A stretch of 63,768 bases of DNA, counting the filler, from Octopus bimaculoides (Eukaryota), in assembly GCF_001194135.2 (NCBI RefSeq). It is 6 parts of 6 records of this genome, joined end to end, with 100 filler letters (N's around TTAATTAATTAA, not from the genome) between each part and the next. Parts side by side here need not be neighbours in the genome. Positions count along the whole stretch, not along the records: positions 5,284 to 17,586 come from NC_068999.1; positions 17,687 to 25,277 come from NC_068989.1; 4 more parts are not named here. One strand, 5' to 3'. The translations under genes were made by a program, and so were the position numbers. Position 1 is the stretch's first letter. The number at the start of each line of letters is the position of its first letter. The notes beneath the pieces are model-generated. The model saw nothing but the letters and a program-made list of their open reading frames with translations, was not told the origin of the DNA and did no database searches. Shown here piece by piece: positions 12,359 through 23,756 of the stretch.

Positions 12359-13024
12359 GGTCAGGAAAATTTAATGTTTACAATAAAAACCTGAAAAAGA
12401 AAGAAATGTAAATGACAAATGTACAGTGATCAAACAAACCAAATGGAATGCCAGACAAAAGATGGAGGGATGGAAGACAAAGCACAATACTTCCTTTCAC
12501 TAGCTATGGTAGCCATTAGAGCAATGAGGCATCTCTGTTTAGTCTGTTCTATGTAGCAGAAGGTAGTGACAACACTGCTTTTTCACTTAAACCTTTCAAT
12601 ACTTTTATCCGAATAATGGAGGTAAAATATAAACTTTAGGAATGAATGATTTATTAGTAGAGTAGAAAAATGTTTTACAGCAAGAGTGACATCACGCAAC
12701 AACCTGTGATCAAGTAATGTTAGAGCTTTTGTTTGCACAGGCAGTTGCCAGATGTATGATATGTGTATATGATGATATGTGTATATTAGCTTAATTCAAT
12801 ATATCTTGCAAATGGTCGATGGTAGGGGGGAAAATAGACACATTTTTGGAATCAGCACAAAATTCTCCATTAAATCACTCAAAACAATGACAACCAAAAC
12901 TTTTGTGAAAATTTGTAACCCAGAGAACTGCAAGTTTGCAAAGTGAATGGATCTATATTAAATAAAAAATATTCAAGAGAGTAGTTAAGTTACAATGCAT
13001 AAGAAGAATTCTGTTAAATGGAAT

Positions 13025-13403
13025 GTTTTTTTTTTGTTGGCACTCCGTCGCTTACGACGTCGAGGGTTCCAATTGATCAACGGAACAGCCTGCTCGTGAA
13101 ATTAATGTGCAAGTGGCTGAGCACTCCACAGATCCGTGTACCCTTAACGTAGTTCTTGGGGATATTCAGCGTGACACAGCGTGACAAGGCTGAATTACAG
13201 GCACAACAGAAACAGGAAGTAAGAGTGAGAGAAAGTTGTGGTGAAAGAGTAGAGCAGGGTTCACTACCACCCCCTGCCGGAGCCTCGTGGAGCTTTAGGT
13301 GTTTTCGCTCAATAAACACTCACAACGCCCGGTCTGGGAATCAAAACCGCAATCCTACGACCACGAGTCCGCTGCCCTAACCACTGGGCCATTGCGCCTC
13401 CAC
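13025..13403 (-). mobile_element. Full-length tRNA-derived SINE type S2 with 13-bp TSD
   Basis: Head GTGGAGGCGCAATGGCCCAGTGGTTAGGG with A/B-box-like motifs; poly(A) tail; TSD TGTTAAATGGAAT at 13012-13024 and 13404-13416. Confidence 0.92.
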
Positions 13404-13647
13404 TGTTAAATGGAATATATTCTAAAGAAAGAATAAATTACATTATTTTAGTAGTGAAAATTACAGCTCACAAGGGTAATTAGAGTGAATTTCAATTCTT
13501 AGGAAAGGAATGCTTAAAACTTAATTATTGAATAAAGCAAAATGAGGAATGGAAATCAATTAGAATATGGTCCCACATATAAGGAATAAACTCTAATACA
13601 ACTTATGTTGGAAAGGATTTAATACGTTGTTAGGTGTTGGTTTATAT

Positions 13648-14488
13648 CAGGGGTCGCCAAACTTTTTTGACCGTCAACCCCCTTTAACTATTTCATCTGT
13701 ATCAACCCCCTTTAGCCACTTCTCCTTCCACATCGACCACCCTCCTCATTTAAAATATCTTAATACTCTACCATACCATATCTTAAATGCATACCGGGTA
13801 CTGATGCTGCCAATTAAAATGTTAGCTAAAATATACATGTACAACAAATTAAGAAATTCTATTGAAGATGACACACTTTTTACATTTAAAACTATGTGTA
13901 CAATATACAGTATTAAAGTTTCAATATTGACAACACCAATGTGAGGCATGAGCATGGTGATCCTGAATCAAGGCATTGCTATCAGACTGAATGTTGGTTC
14001 TTATTGTACTAAAAGTCACTGAGACTTCTAATCAACACTCAAATCAGACAGTTCGCTGATAGAGAGACAACTGCAGCACAAAGGACAGCGTAGCCTTCAA
14101 ATGATCAGCATTCCAGCTCCACAAATCCAACACCTACAACGACTTACCAACAAAAACGTTTATCAGATATGTATTTAATATTTTATCTCCCCTAGCAGGC
14201 CTATCATTTCCATAAGCAAGCATTTGACAGTTCGCATCCTCTCAATCTTCAATTACAATACAGATTACGACATCAGGCCTTGAACATTAGCAACAGCAGA
14301 CTTCTCACTGCAGTGAAAATTTGTTTTTTCCATGTTTCATGGCACTGACTAAGTATTTCAAGCAGTTCATCTGGGTGAGCTCGTCTTTCGCACGCTGACC
14401 CCCATTCAACCCCTTGGCTATCACCCACCCCCCCCGTAATTCCTTGTCAACCTCTAGGGTGTCCATCGAACTTCTTTTGGTGCCTCTG
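13648..14488 (-). mobile_element. Non-autonomous hAT (Charlie-like) transposon
   Basis: Ends CAGGGGTCGCCAAAC and TTGGTGCCTCTG. 8-bp TSD GTTTATAT/GTGTATAT (7 of 8 match). Minus-strand remnant IQSDSNALIQDHHAHASH resembles a hAT transposase C-terminus. Confidence 0.8.
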
Positions 14489-15664
14489 GTGTATATGAAG
14501 AAGTATACAATGTGGTAATGTAACTAAGAAATTGAATTTACCTTTGCTTGAATTTCACAGTACAAGCACCTATGCAATAACATACCTTTCCAAGTATTAA
14601 TATTGAATATTTATACATTGTGTTTCTCCTAAGACTTGGGTTTTTCAGGGGACAGTCCTGACAGTTCTTCAAATTAAATTATTCATTCAATGTATTATTA
14701 TAGGAGTTTCTTTTCACTGTTACCATTCATATTATTACTTATGCAAGATTTTGGGATATCCAGTGTTCCACTATCACCTTCTTCCCAACTGCTTCATTAC
14801 AGATAAATTCATTTTGCATGCTCATATTCATAGCAAGAATTATTTATTTCCTTGGCTTCAAAAGTTTTCAGTTTTTTTTTGTAAGCTGTTATAATGTTAG
14901 ATGTGGTGTATGCAAATTTTATTGTACATCTGTTGAATATTCTGCTATACTTACTTGAAAGAGAAAAATGCTTGTCCAAAGCCATAAAGAATTGGGATGT
15001 TTATGGCTGCATGAGCCTCAAATGGAGCATTTTGTTCATTAGATGTTTTTTTTTTCTTTTTAGGATCGTTTTGATGATTAACATTCTGTGCATTGTCATT
15101 TATAATGCTGTGTGGCGAGATGTACTCATGTCTGGGATCAAAATGTTTCATACTATATACTTACCCTTATTACTAGGTAGAATTCTCCAATTGCTCTTTT
15201 CACTGAACAATCAGATTAATCCCAGGTTTATCCTCCAAAGTCACAAAGATATATGCACTTTTCCTTCCTCTAGTAGGAATACGATAATTATTACTGCCCA
15301 GTGTACTGATTATATTCCTTCCACTTTTCCCACTAATATTCATCTTTTTATCGAACCCATTATTGTACCACTTGGCATATTTAGTTCCATTATTAATATA
15401 GTCATTATTTTCAGTCATCTATGTAATTCACTATCCTTTGGTGCCTTCACAATATCCACTTCAGGAATATATCTAATTTTTTCAGTGCAACCAGTTCTGG
15501 CCAAATCCATATTATAATATTCTTCATTCTGCCTGAAAATTTTATTGTTTGCTGAAAGTCTAGAAACCATCAAATTGTTAACTGCTTGCAGATGGATTGA
15601 TCTTTAAAGTAGTTGATGTTAGGATTAGTATTCCATCATATTATGAGATATGTAGCCTAATTAG

Positions 15665-15840
15665 AGTGTTGCACTCACAGTGTAAAGATAGTTTTGATCC
15701 CCAGATAAGCAGTGCATTGTGATCTTGAGAAAGACAATTTCACATTGCTCCAGTCCACTCAGCTGTAAATGGGTAACTCTGCAATAGACTAGCATTCTGT
15801 TCCAGGGTAGTTCTGGCTTGCCTGCCTGGATGGGGAACAG
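15665..15840 (+). mobile_element. Degenerate CORE-type SINE
   Basis: TTGTGATCTTGAGAAAGACA..TTTCACATTGCTCCAGTCCACTCAGCTGTAAATGGG. Confidence 0.6.
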
Positions 15841-16350
15841 TGTTGTGACCAGTGTTGTATAAGAACATCTGATAGTCTGGTCGGTACAGTGATATTTATG
15901 TATATGCGTGTATTGATGTGTGTGCATGGCTTTTGTGTGGACCCCCCCTCCATGACAATTGGTGTTGATTTCTTTACATCCCCATAACATAGTGGTTCAG
16001 CATAAGAGACCAACAGAATAAGTACCAGACTTTGAAAATATGTGCTGAGAATGATTTGTTTGTCTAAAACCCTTCAGGATTTTAGACTGAAACAAATAAA
16101 AGATATATGCATGTATGCAAGCAAGCAGGAAGGCTTGTTTGTTTTGAAAAGAGTGATGGAAAGCATGACATGTTACCAAAAGGTTTGAACTCAGTAAATG
16201 ATTCCATACTCCATGCATTCTGAAAATAATCGTCATATTTCTAGATAGGCTTGCATGTGGAAATCATGCCACATTACACAGTAATAAGAAATGCATAAAA
16301 TGTAATTGTTATTTTTAAGCTTTATTTAACGTGAATTTCTGCAAGCTGAT

Positions 16351-16428
16351 TGCTGTTACACAACCTGATTTGTATTTTTCACTGCTAATACTTAGGAAGA
16401 AGCATGACGATCAGGTTGTGTAACAGCA
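16351..16428. repeat. Hairpin with perfect 19-bp arms and 40-nt loop
   Basis: TGCTGTTACACAACCTGAT (16351-16369) versus ATCAGGTTGTGTAACAGCA (16410-16428), with imperfect extension outward. Confidence 0.9.
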
Positions 16429-17258
16429 TCAATTGGCTTGAGAAATGGGCATGTGATATCTAAAGCTTTAAAATACCAGTCAAATTTTCTGTATTTATTA
16501 TTATAAATAAATATATAAAATTACTGTAAATCCACAACTCCAGCGTTTGCCAAGTGCTCTCCTGTTGAATTCAAAGAATGTTGTGCTTCATTTTGACAGC
16601 ATGGAAATCTTGATTTAATGAAGGTTTCAGTGAATTATAGGGAAGAGANNNNNNNNNNNNNNNNNNNNNNNNNNNNNNNNNNNNNNNNNNNNNNNNNNNN
16701 NNNNNNNNNNNNNNNNNNNNNNNNNNNNNNNTGTGACTTGTTTGTCTGATGAGTAGTGAGAAATGACTGATCATTTGTATGAAGCTGTTTATTATTTTTA
16801 TATGTGGTAGTAGAAGTAAGACTAAGGATGGTAAGCAACAGGAATATCTAATTTGTTTTTGCATATGTTCCCATGTTTTTTCAAAGATTGATTGATGATA
16901 AAAGCCAGATTGGCCATATAAAAAACTTTAATTTTGTTCAATTTAATAAAATGTGATTTTAAATTCTGTAATAGTAGCATTCATGTCAGATTTGTGGATA
17001 ACTTTCTTCCACAATTCTGAGGTCCTCAAAAAAGGTCATGGGACTATCTTTTGTCCTAAGATAAAAAAAAGAAAGAAAAAGAAAACAACAAAAGCAATGC
17101 TCTTCTATAATAATAAAAGCAAAATTCTATCTGTCCATCTGAAATTCCCATATCTCAGTCTACATTTACTCTACATAGACATATACCTTTTTAGAATCAG
17201 GATAATCCTGGGATTGAAAATCTGCCCTTCATATGGTTCTTGAACATCCAGCATTGGG

Positions 17259-17586
17259 ATCATCATCATCATCCTCATCGTTTAACGTCCGCTTTCCATG
17301 CTAGCATGGGTTGGACGATTCGACTGAGGACTGGTGAAACCGGATGGCAACACCAGGCAGCTATCCTCATCCATTCTCACCACATGTCCATACCAGCGCA
17401 ATCGTCTCTCTTACACACCACAACTGATGCTTCTAATGTTCAGCTTTTCTCTCAAGATACTTACACTCTGACGGGTATTCACATTGACATTACACATCCA
17501 ATGGAGCATACTGGCTTCATTCCTTGCGAGCTTACGTATGTCCTCAGCAGTTACAGCCCATGTTTCACTGCCATGTAGCATGGCCG
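17259..17586 (-). mobile_element. RTE LINE fragment with internal deletion (RT joined to the last ~90 bp)
   Basis: Minus peptide MLHGSETWAVTAEDIRKL..NEASML.WMCNV...RRLRWYGHVVRMDEDSC jumps directly to the terminal 3' UTR and (GAT)n tail. Confidence 0.85.
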
Positions 17587-17760
17587 NNNNNNNNNNNNNN
17601 NNNNNNNNNNNNNNNNNNNNNNNNNNNNNNTTAATTAATTAANNNNNNNNNNNNNNNNNNNNNNNNNNNNNNNNNNNNNNNNNNNNTATATACAGACATA
17701 TATATACATATAAGTTTATATATATATATAGATAGATATACAGACATATATATACACATA

Positions 17761-18156
17761 TACTCTTTACTCTTTTACTTGTTTCAGTCATTTGACTGCG
17801 GCCATGCTGGAGCACCGCCTTTAGTCGAGCAAATAAACCCCAGGACCTATTCTTTGGAAGCCTAGTACTTATTCTATCGGTCTCTTTTGACGAACCGCTA
17901 AGTTACGGTGACGTAAACACACCACCATTAGTTGTCAAGCAGTGTTGGGGGGACAAACAGACACACAAACACACATATATATATACATATACATATATAT
18001 GATGGGCTTCTTTCAGTTTCCGTCTACCAAATCCTCTCACAAGGCTTTGGTCGGCCCGAGGCTACAGTAGAAGACACTTGCCCAAGGTGCCATGCAGTGG
18101 GACTGAACCAGGAACCATGTTGTTGGTAAGCAAGCTACTTACCACACAGCCACTCC
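17761..18156 (-). mobile_element. Full-length tRNA/CORE-like SINE type S1
   Basis: Head GGAGTGGCTGTGTGGTAAG...GGTTCAGTCCC; CCTTGGGCAAGTGTCTTCTAC; tail TGACTGAAACAAGTAAAAGAG. Confidence 0.9.
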
Positions 18157-18171
18157 TATATATATATATAA

Positions 18172-18455
18172 ATCGTGAAGTATATTTGCCACCTAAATGT
18201 AGCTAACCTTTAAGGGTTGATGATACTGTGGCTTGTAGCCCCAGGAAGACATATCCTCCAGTTGTCTATTGACACACTTTCTGTGCCCTATCAGTATTTG
18301 CAAAGGGAAGTCAACTTTCCCATCTCCAGCCTGGCGTGATACACACGGACCCGAGTTTCTGGGTACTGACCCATCATCAGCATGTGACAACCACCGTTTT
18401 TCTTTATTATGATAATAATTATCTATTATGAAGGACAATACAAGACGTTACAAAC
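18172..18455 (-). repeat. Repeat R, copy at the 3' end of LINE A (TGTAACG...AATAAA...hammerhead...CACGAT)
   Basis: Reverse complement aligns along its length with 23470-23756 (roughly 80-85% identity by eye). The ORF track shows homologous spurious peptides in both. Confidence 0.95.
18336..18394 (-). ncRNA. Minimal type I hammerhead ribozyme
   Basis: Minus reads GTGGT-TGT-CACATG CTGATGA TGGGT-CAGT-ACCCA GAAA C-TCGG-GTC / CGTGTG-T-ATCAC. All core nucleotides, stems I and II and a 2-bp stem III are present. Predicted GUC cleavage between 18348 and 18347. Confidence 0.85.
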
Positions 18456-18577
18456 ATATAAATGTGTTAAGTGAGTTTATATTTAAAAATTCAATGAATC
18501 ATATATATAAATTTTTAATTTTCACAAAATATGGCTGGAATGCCAGCGACGACACCTCGCTTATACCATAGGTGGAA

Positions 18578-21500
18578 TTAAGTAGGAACAGTCACTCCCA
18601 ACTTTCTCATGACATCATTCTATCTTCTCTCATATATACTTCACAACAGATATCTTTTCTCCAGCCCTATCTTGCTCTTCAGATGGTACTTAAAGTAGAA
18701 TAGCAACCCAGGGCTGGAGATGAAGGATCCTGTCATGATTCTTTGCATTCTGGTTCTCCATACACACTCTTTCATTACTGCGACTGTACACAGAAAACAT
18801 GCATCACCTTCCTTTCATAGTCCAGTTGGTGATACAATCTTTATCAGACTCAGCTGATAGCTTGTACTCTTCACAGGTGCGACAACACATGTTCTACATA
18901 AATTATCAAGCCTGAAAGCTCTGGACACTGTACAAGAGCGTGCAGGACAGTTTCATCATCCTGTCCATGCCTTAGGCATGTCGGTGGCTCTGATATTCCG
19001 TGCCTGGACAATTTATCGCGGACACGTAACACATCCCTGTAACACTGCCATGTCAGGGTTCTTTGGTAATTATCCAAATACCCCGACCTAAAGGTTTTTT
19101 GAAACCGGTTGGCTAGCTGGTTCTCATTGAACCCCAGAGCCTCTCTTAGGACGTCATCACTCTTATACCCTACCATCCCATTATAAAATACAGACATGGT
19201 ATTCCCGCTGCTGGCCTTGCCCGCCCTGTGGATTAGTGCAAGTGCCTTTCAGCATTCTTTTTGCCATTCAGTCATATTCTGTCTTTTAATCAAATCAGGT
19301 GTAAATTCCTCCAAGAGGGCCGGTCATGGAAAGAATTCCTCTGCAAGCGAATTCCACACTTGGCCACCGTCCAGATAGAGCCAGAGATGACTTAGCCTCA
19401 ATGCATGCCTGCACATCAATAGCTACGTCATCCCTAACCTACCCTTTAGTGGTTCTTGGCAGCATACGGAGCACCTCACAAGCGCCTTTCCAGACCAGGT
19501 CCAGACTAGGGCCTCCAACCTGCCTCCCACCTTACTCCAATTCTTCTCTGTCTGGGAATCTGGTCCAAACCAAACTCCAAGCAACTTAACAGGACCATCC
19601 ATCCAGTGACCCACGACACTAGACATTATTGGTTTGCTGCTCCAGGTGCCGAGCCGCAAACTAATGGACTCAGCTTGTTAACTTTTGCCCCTGCTACTGT
19701 CTCGTATCCATTGATTGCATCCTCTACAAAAGGTAACTGAGCTACATTAGACACGGTGATGGTGACATCATTCGCATATGCAGAAACAGACTTACCACAT
19801 CCGAATTCATTAGGGATGCCTGCCAAACTCTTCAATGTCTGCAGCAATGTCTCAAGAGTTAGTACATACAAAAGTGGAGACAGCGGGCAACCTTGATGAA
19901 CCAAGCGCTTGATCTCAAAAGGCTACAACAGGTAACGGTTTATTTGGACTGTGGATTTGGTGCTACCATAAATAGCCTTGATCCATCCGTGGAAGTCCAA
20001 GCCTAGCCCAGCCACCTCAAGGACTGCCGCCAGGTACTGCTGGTCTGCCATATTGAAAGCTTTACTTTGGTCTAAATGGATCAATGCCTCACCTTTACCG
20101 GATACTTTAGCCACTGTGTCTAAGGTGTAGTGTAAGAGATGAAGATTGTCCTGGATTGACCTGCCTGGGATGGCACATGTCTGCGCCTTCCCTACAAGTT
20201 TCTCCACGACATGCATCAACCTTTTTGCTAACAACTTGGCCAAAATCTTTAACTCTACATTGAGTTATGGGCCTAAAATTACGGATATGATCCCCCTTGC
20301 TCAGGTTTTTTCTGATCAGTGTCACCACTCACTGACTCAAAGAGCTGGGAATCCTCCCATTCTGCTGTCAGTTTGTGTAGACACAGGCCAGCAAGTGTCC
20401 AAACAAGCCCAGCATACTACGATAAAATTCACAGGGTGGACGATCCAGCCCCGGTGACTTGTCCCCGGCGCATTCAGCCAGCACCTCCTCGACCTCTGCA
20501 ACTGTAATCGGCCCTTCACAACATTTCGCCTTCCGCCCCAAGAGTCATCGCCGGCTGGCAAGCATGTCCTTTAGGGACTCCCCACGGTCCAGCGAACCAC
20601 TCGTCCCAAACAGCCGGGCGAAATGTTGGTTAAAAATTCCTTTGCACCTCCCTTCTGTCCTTTGATCGAATGGCCCTATTCGTCAATCAAAGACTTTATA
20701 GAGGTTTCACTGTCTCTCTTACTTTCCACATGTTGTGCCCATCCAGCAACGTTAATACCTTCTCTACCCACTGCATGTAACTTAGCCCTGACTCTACACC
20801 CTTCGTGTTTGGCTTTGAGACGACAGAATAACACCGCTCTCACCACTTTCACTCTGGATGAAGAGCCAGATTCCATGGCCTCCTCTAATTCCTTAATTAG
20901 ATTTCTTTCTATTCTATTCTTCTCTAAACTTAGCTGGTTACTAAATCTAAGAGACTCAGAACGAATGGCTCACTTGAGGGAGCACCACTGTCTGTTATTA
21001 ATGATGGTGCCACATAATGCTCTCAGCACTAACTCCTTAACTCGGGTACGGAAGGTTTTACAAGTCAAAATAGACTTCATCTTCCAGTACCCTGGTCCCT
21101 GTCTATGACACTTAACTAGGTACACCTCACATGTCACAAATTTGTGATCCATGTAAGATACACAACAAAAGCATGAACAACTAACCGTATTCCTATCTCT
21201 CTCTCTAACGAATATCCTATCTAAATAAGATCTGTATGAAGGGTCGTTATTAGTCCACATCCACTGCAGAATGAGCAGTTCATCCAGTCTATATCGGTCT
21301 ACTAGGTTATAGCTCTCTAGTAGCCTTTTAAGGCCAGGACTTCCCCTTCTATCAATCAAGGCAACACTATCCACCCCTGCGTCGAGAATAGTGTTAAAGT
21401 CTCCTGCTAAAACTAGAGTTTATGATGTCACCAGAAAGCTCTCCAGGTCTCGAAAAAAACCTGCTTGTCTACACTCACTAGGAGTGTAAACAGGCACCAA

Positions 21501-21814
21501 CCTGAAAGACTGCTTACTTGCATGTGTCACATCTAGGACAACCAACCTACCTTCTGGGTCCAGAAAGACTGTACTTACCTGTACATCCAAGTAATTTCTG
21601 AACAATACCACCACACCCCCGCCTCCTCATCAACTAGGAGAAATGAATTTCTCATAGCCATTTAGAAGAGGCGAGAAAGCCTGTGGCCCATTCAGCTTGG
21701 ACTCGATCACCACACATATATCAATTTCTAGTGACCTGAGGTCAACCAGGAGACACGTTTGCTTCCATTTCGACCCCAGGCCATGAACATTTTTACACCT
21801 AACTTAATTTCCAT
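18578..21814 (-). pseudogene. L1/Tx1 ORF2 (AP endonuclease, reverse transcriptase, C-terminal Cys/His motif), multiply frameshifted
   Basis: Motifs MEIKLGV.NV.GL, AGDFN, SYRSYLDRIF, GPGYWK, RNFRPIT, LDQSKAF, QGCPLSPLLYVL, AYA(N)DVT, KLLGVWF, C......ETVLHALVQC. Confidence 0.92.
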
Positions 21815-22068
21815 GGTAAAAATAAAGAAACTTACATTCTGAGTATGGGGAGATGCTGCATAAATTCGCCAACCTCTCCCTCCTTTTCTTTCTGAGGGTA
21901 TCTCACTTTAGATTGTTCTAATAGGTCTCCTTCTATCCTTGCCAACCGTATATTTGGTGGCATACCTTGTATTGGTTGTAAAATATGCTATTATTTATGC
22001 GCAGTTACTATTCTCACTAGAACATCATTTTCTTATTTTACTTCACAATCCTTTCTTCTAGTGCATTT

Positions 22069-23048
22069 TTAGGGGGAGGGGTGACGGGTTTCGACTTGGG
22101 GGTGGATTGGGGAGTTTTTCTGTGTGTTTGCATTTTGTGTAGATATTTTCTTTGTCAGGGAAGGAGAGTCTGGAGCATGGGCTTTTTGTCTTTTATATGA
22201 AGTCACTGTGGTAAATTCCATTTCCTCTTCGGCTTTTTTCTGTTGTGTGTTTTCTACGTTTTGTTTATTCCTTTCTTCCTCTTTTCCTGTCAAGCTTTCT
22301 TGTTACTTTCTTTTTGGGGAGGGACTTAAGCCTTTTTCTGTTGTTTTTACTTTTTCGCACTCCGAATGGACATGCCATTTTCCTCCACATTTAAAACATC
22401 TGGGTCTGTGTCTCTCGACTGATACTCTAATGCTCAGTCCCTCCCCAATAAAAATGCAGTCTGGCCTTGATTCGAGCACGACGTTTGAGGCTTGAACCAT
22501 CATCTCAAGAGTTTGGTCTTTCCAGTTTAGAGCGTCTCTCTTTTCCATGTAGCAAATTGTTATCTCCTCCTCTGCGTCGTAAATTACAGCTGCTGCCATC
22601 CATGTTACATAACCAGCTGAAATTTCCTCTATAGTTATTTTTGCAGTTCTCCGGCCTAGGTAGGTCGGGAGCAACATTATGTCATCACTTTTTAGAGTTT
22701 GGGTAGTTATTTCTTTTGCTGTTTCAACATTCTCGAATTGCACCTCAATAGTGGCGTTTGTTGCTCCTCAACCGACATAGATACTTTTTCCACATATGGG
22801 GGCGAGGCACTTTTCTACCACCTTGTTCTTCATTGACATAATTCTTTTTTTATTCCGTTATATATTTTGTAGACTACCGTTCTGGCAGTTAAATTCTGTA
22901 ACATATCCTGTTGTGGCAACAGTTTTGTTTCGTTGCCACTTTTTTTGATAAGGTTTTTAATCTTAAATACTTGTTCCTTCGACACCTCCAATTCACAAAA
23001 ATTACCACCAACAGAAACTGGGTTTTTCCCTTTCTTCTTGGTTACCAA
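22069..23048 (-). pseudogene. L1/Tx1 ORF1 (gag-like, zinc knuckle), disrupted
   Basis: RPRCFKCGGKWHVHSEC knuckle; basic/acidic C-terminal tail with EFTTV..KR; positioned upstream of ORF2. Confidence 0.85.
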
Positions 23049-23469
23049 CTTGGTTACTTTCTTTCATTGCCAATAAATCCTCAGTTGAGAACAGAAATTC
23101 AATATTCGAAAGCAAATTCAATTCCATTTTTACAAATGGCCTCCAAATTCCACAAGAAAAATTGTAAATATTTTTGTCAAAAATGACAAAAATTAATTTT
23201 TTATCCTGCAACAGGTACCAAACAGTCCAAAAAGTTGTGCAAAAATCAATTTTCCACCCCGTAGGGCAAAATTTTTTGTCAAAATGACAACAACAGTTCA
23301 ATTTCAACAAGAGTTCAAATGTAACAATTTCAACAGAAAAATCAACAACAAAAATACATTAACCAAATAAACTCACTGAGCAACAGCAACCGAACGCAGA
23401 AGAGTGACAAACATCGGTTGGTGATGGTAAGTGATTTTCAATGCAAATATATATATACTATATATATAC

Positions 23470-23756
23470 GTTTTGTAACGTCCTGCATTGTCCTTCTTTG
23501 TAATAGTTAATTATTATCATAATAAAGAAATCGGTGATTGTCACACGCTGATGATAGGTCAATACCCAGAAACTCGAGTCTGTGTGTATCACATCAGGCT
23601 GGCGATGGGAAAGATGACTTCCCTTTGAAAATACTAATAGGGCATAGAAAATGTGTCAATAGCCAGCTGGAGGAGATGTCTTCCTGGGGCTACAAGCTAC
23701 AGTACCATCGACCCTTAAGTGTAAGTCACATTTAAGTGGCAAATATACTTCACGAT
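23470..23756 (+). repeat. Repeat R, copy upstream of LINE B 5' UTR
   Basis: Starts GTTTTGTAACG; AATAAA at 23521-23526; hammerhead at 23534-23592. Confidence 0.95.
23534..23592 (+). ncRNA. Minimal type I hammerhead ribozyme with palindromic stem III
   Basis: GTGAT-TGT-CACACG CTGATGA TAGGT-CAAT-ACCCA GAA ACTCGAGT C / TGTGTG-T-ATCAC. Predicted cleavage after C23580; one A.C mismatch in stem II. Confidence 0.85.

Larger units (their letters stand above)
9953..12925 (-). mobile_element. Chapaev3-like (CMC superfamily) DNA transposon, decayed
   Basis: Left end CACTGGGTAACACAA is preceded by TTA; degenerate right end TTTGTAACCCAGAG. Transposase remnants lie between them. Confidence 0.72.
18172..23460 (-). 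mobile_element. L1/Tx1-clade non-LTR retrotransposon, copy A (near full length, decayed) ending in hammerhead-bearing repeat R
   Basis: Order on minus: 5' UTR, ORF1 with CCHC knuckle, ORF2 APE-RT-CCHC, short 3' UTR, then R (18172-18455). Confidence 0.9.

Noticed and set aside
13340-13403. tRNA genes at SINE heads (also 28964, 62593, 57530)
   Set aside because: A/B-box-like motifs are present, but they continue into SINE bodies and no complete cloverleaf is evident.
18172-23756. R pair as TIRs of a DNA transposon that captured a LINE
   Set aside because: No TSD at the outer ends. R begins with the LINE's own 3' end and AATAAA, and each copy is in sense with a different LINE copy. Disfavoured, not formally excluded.
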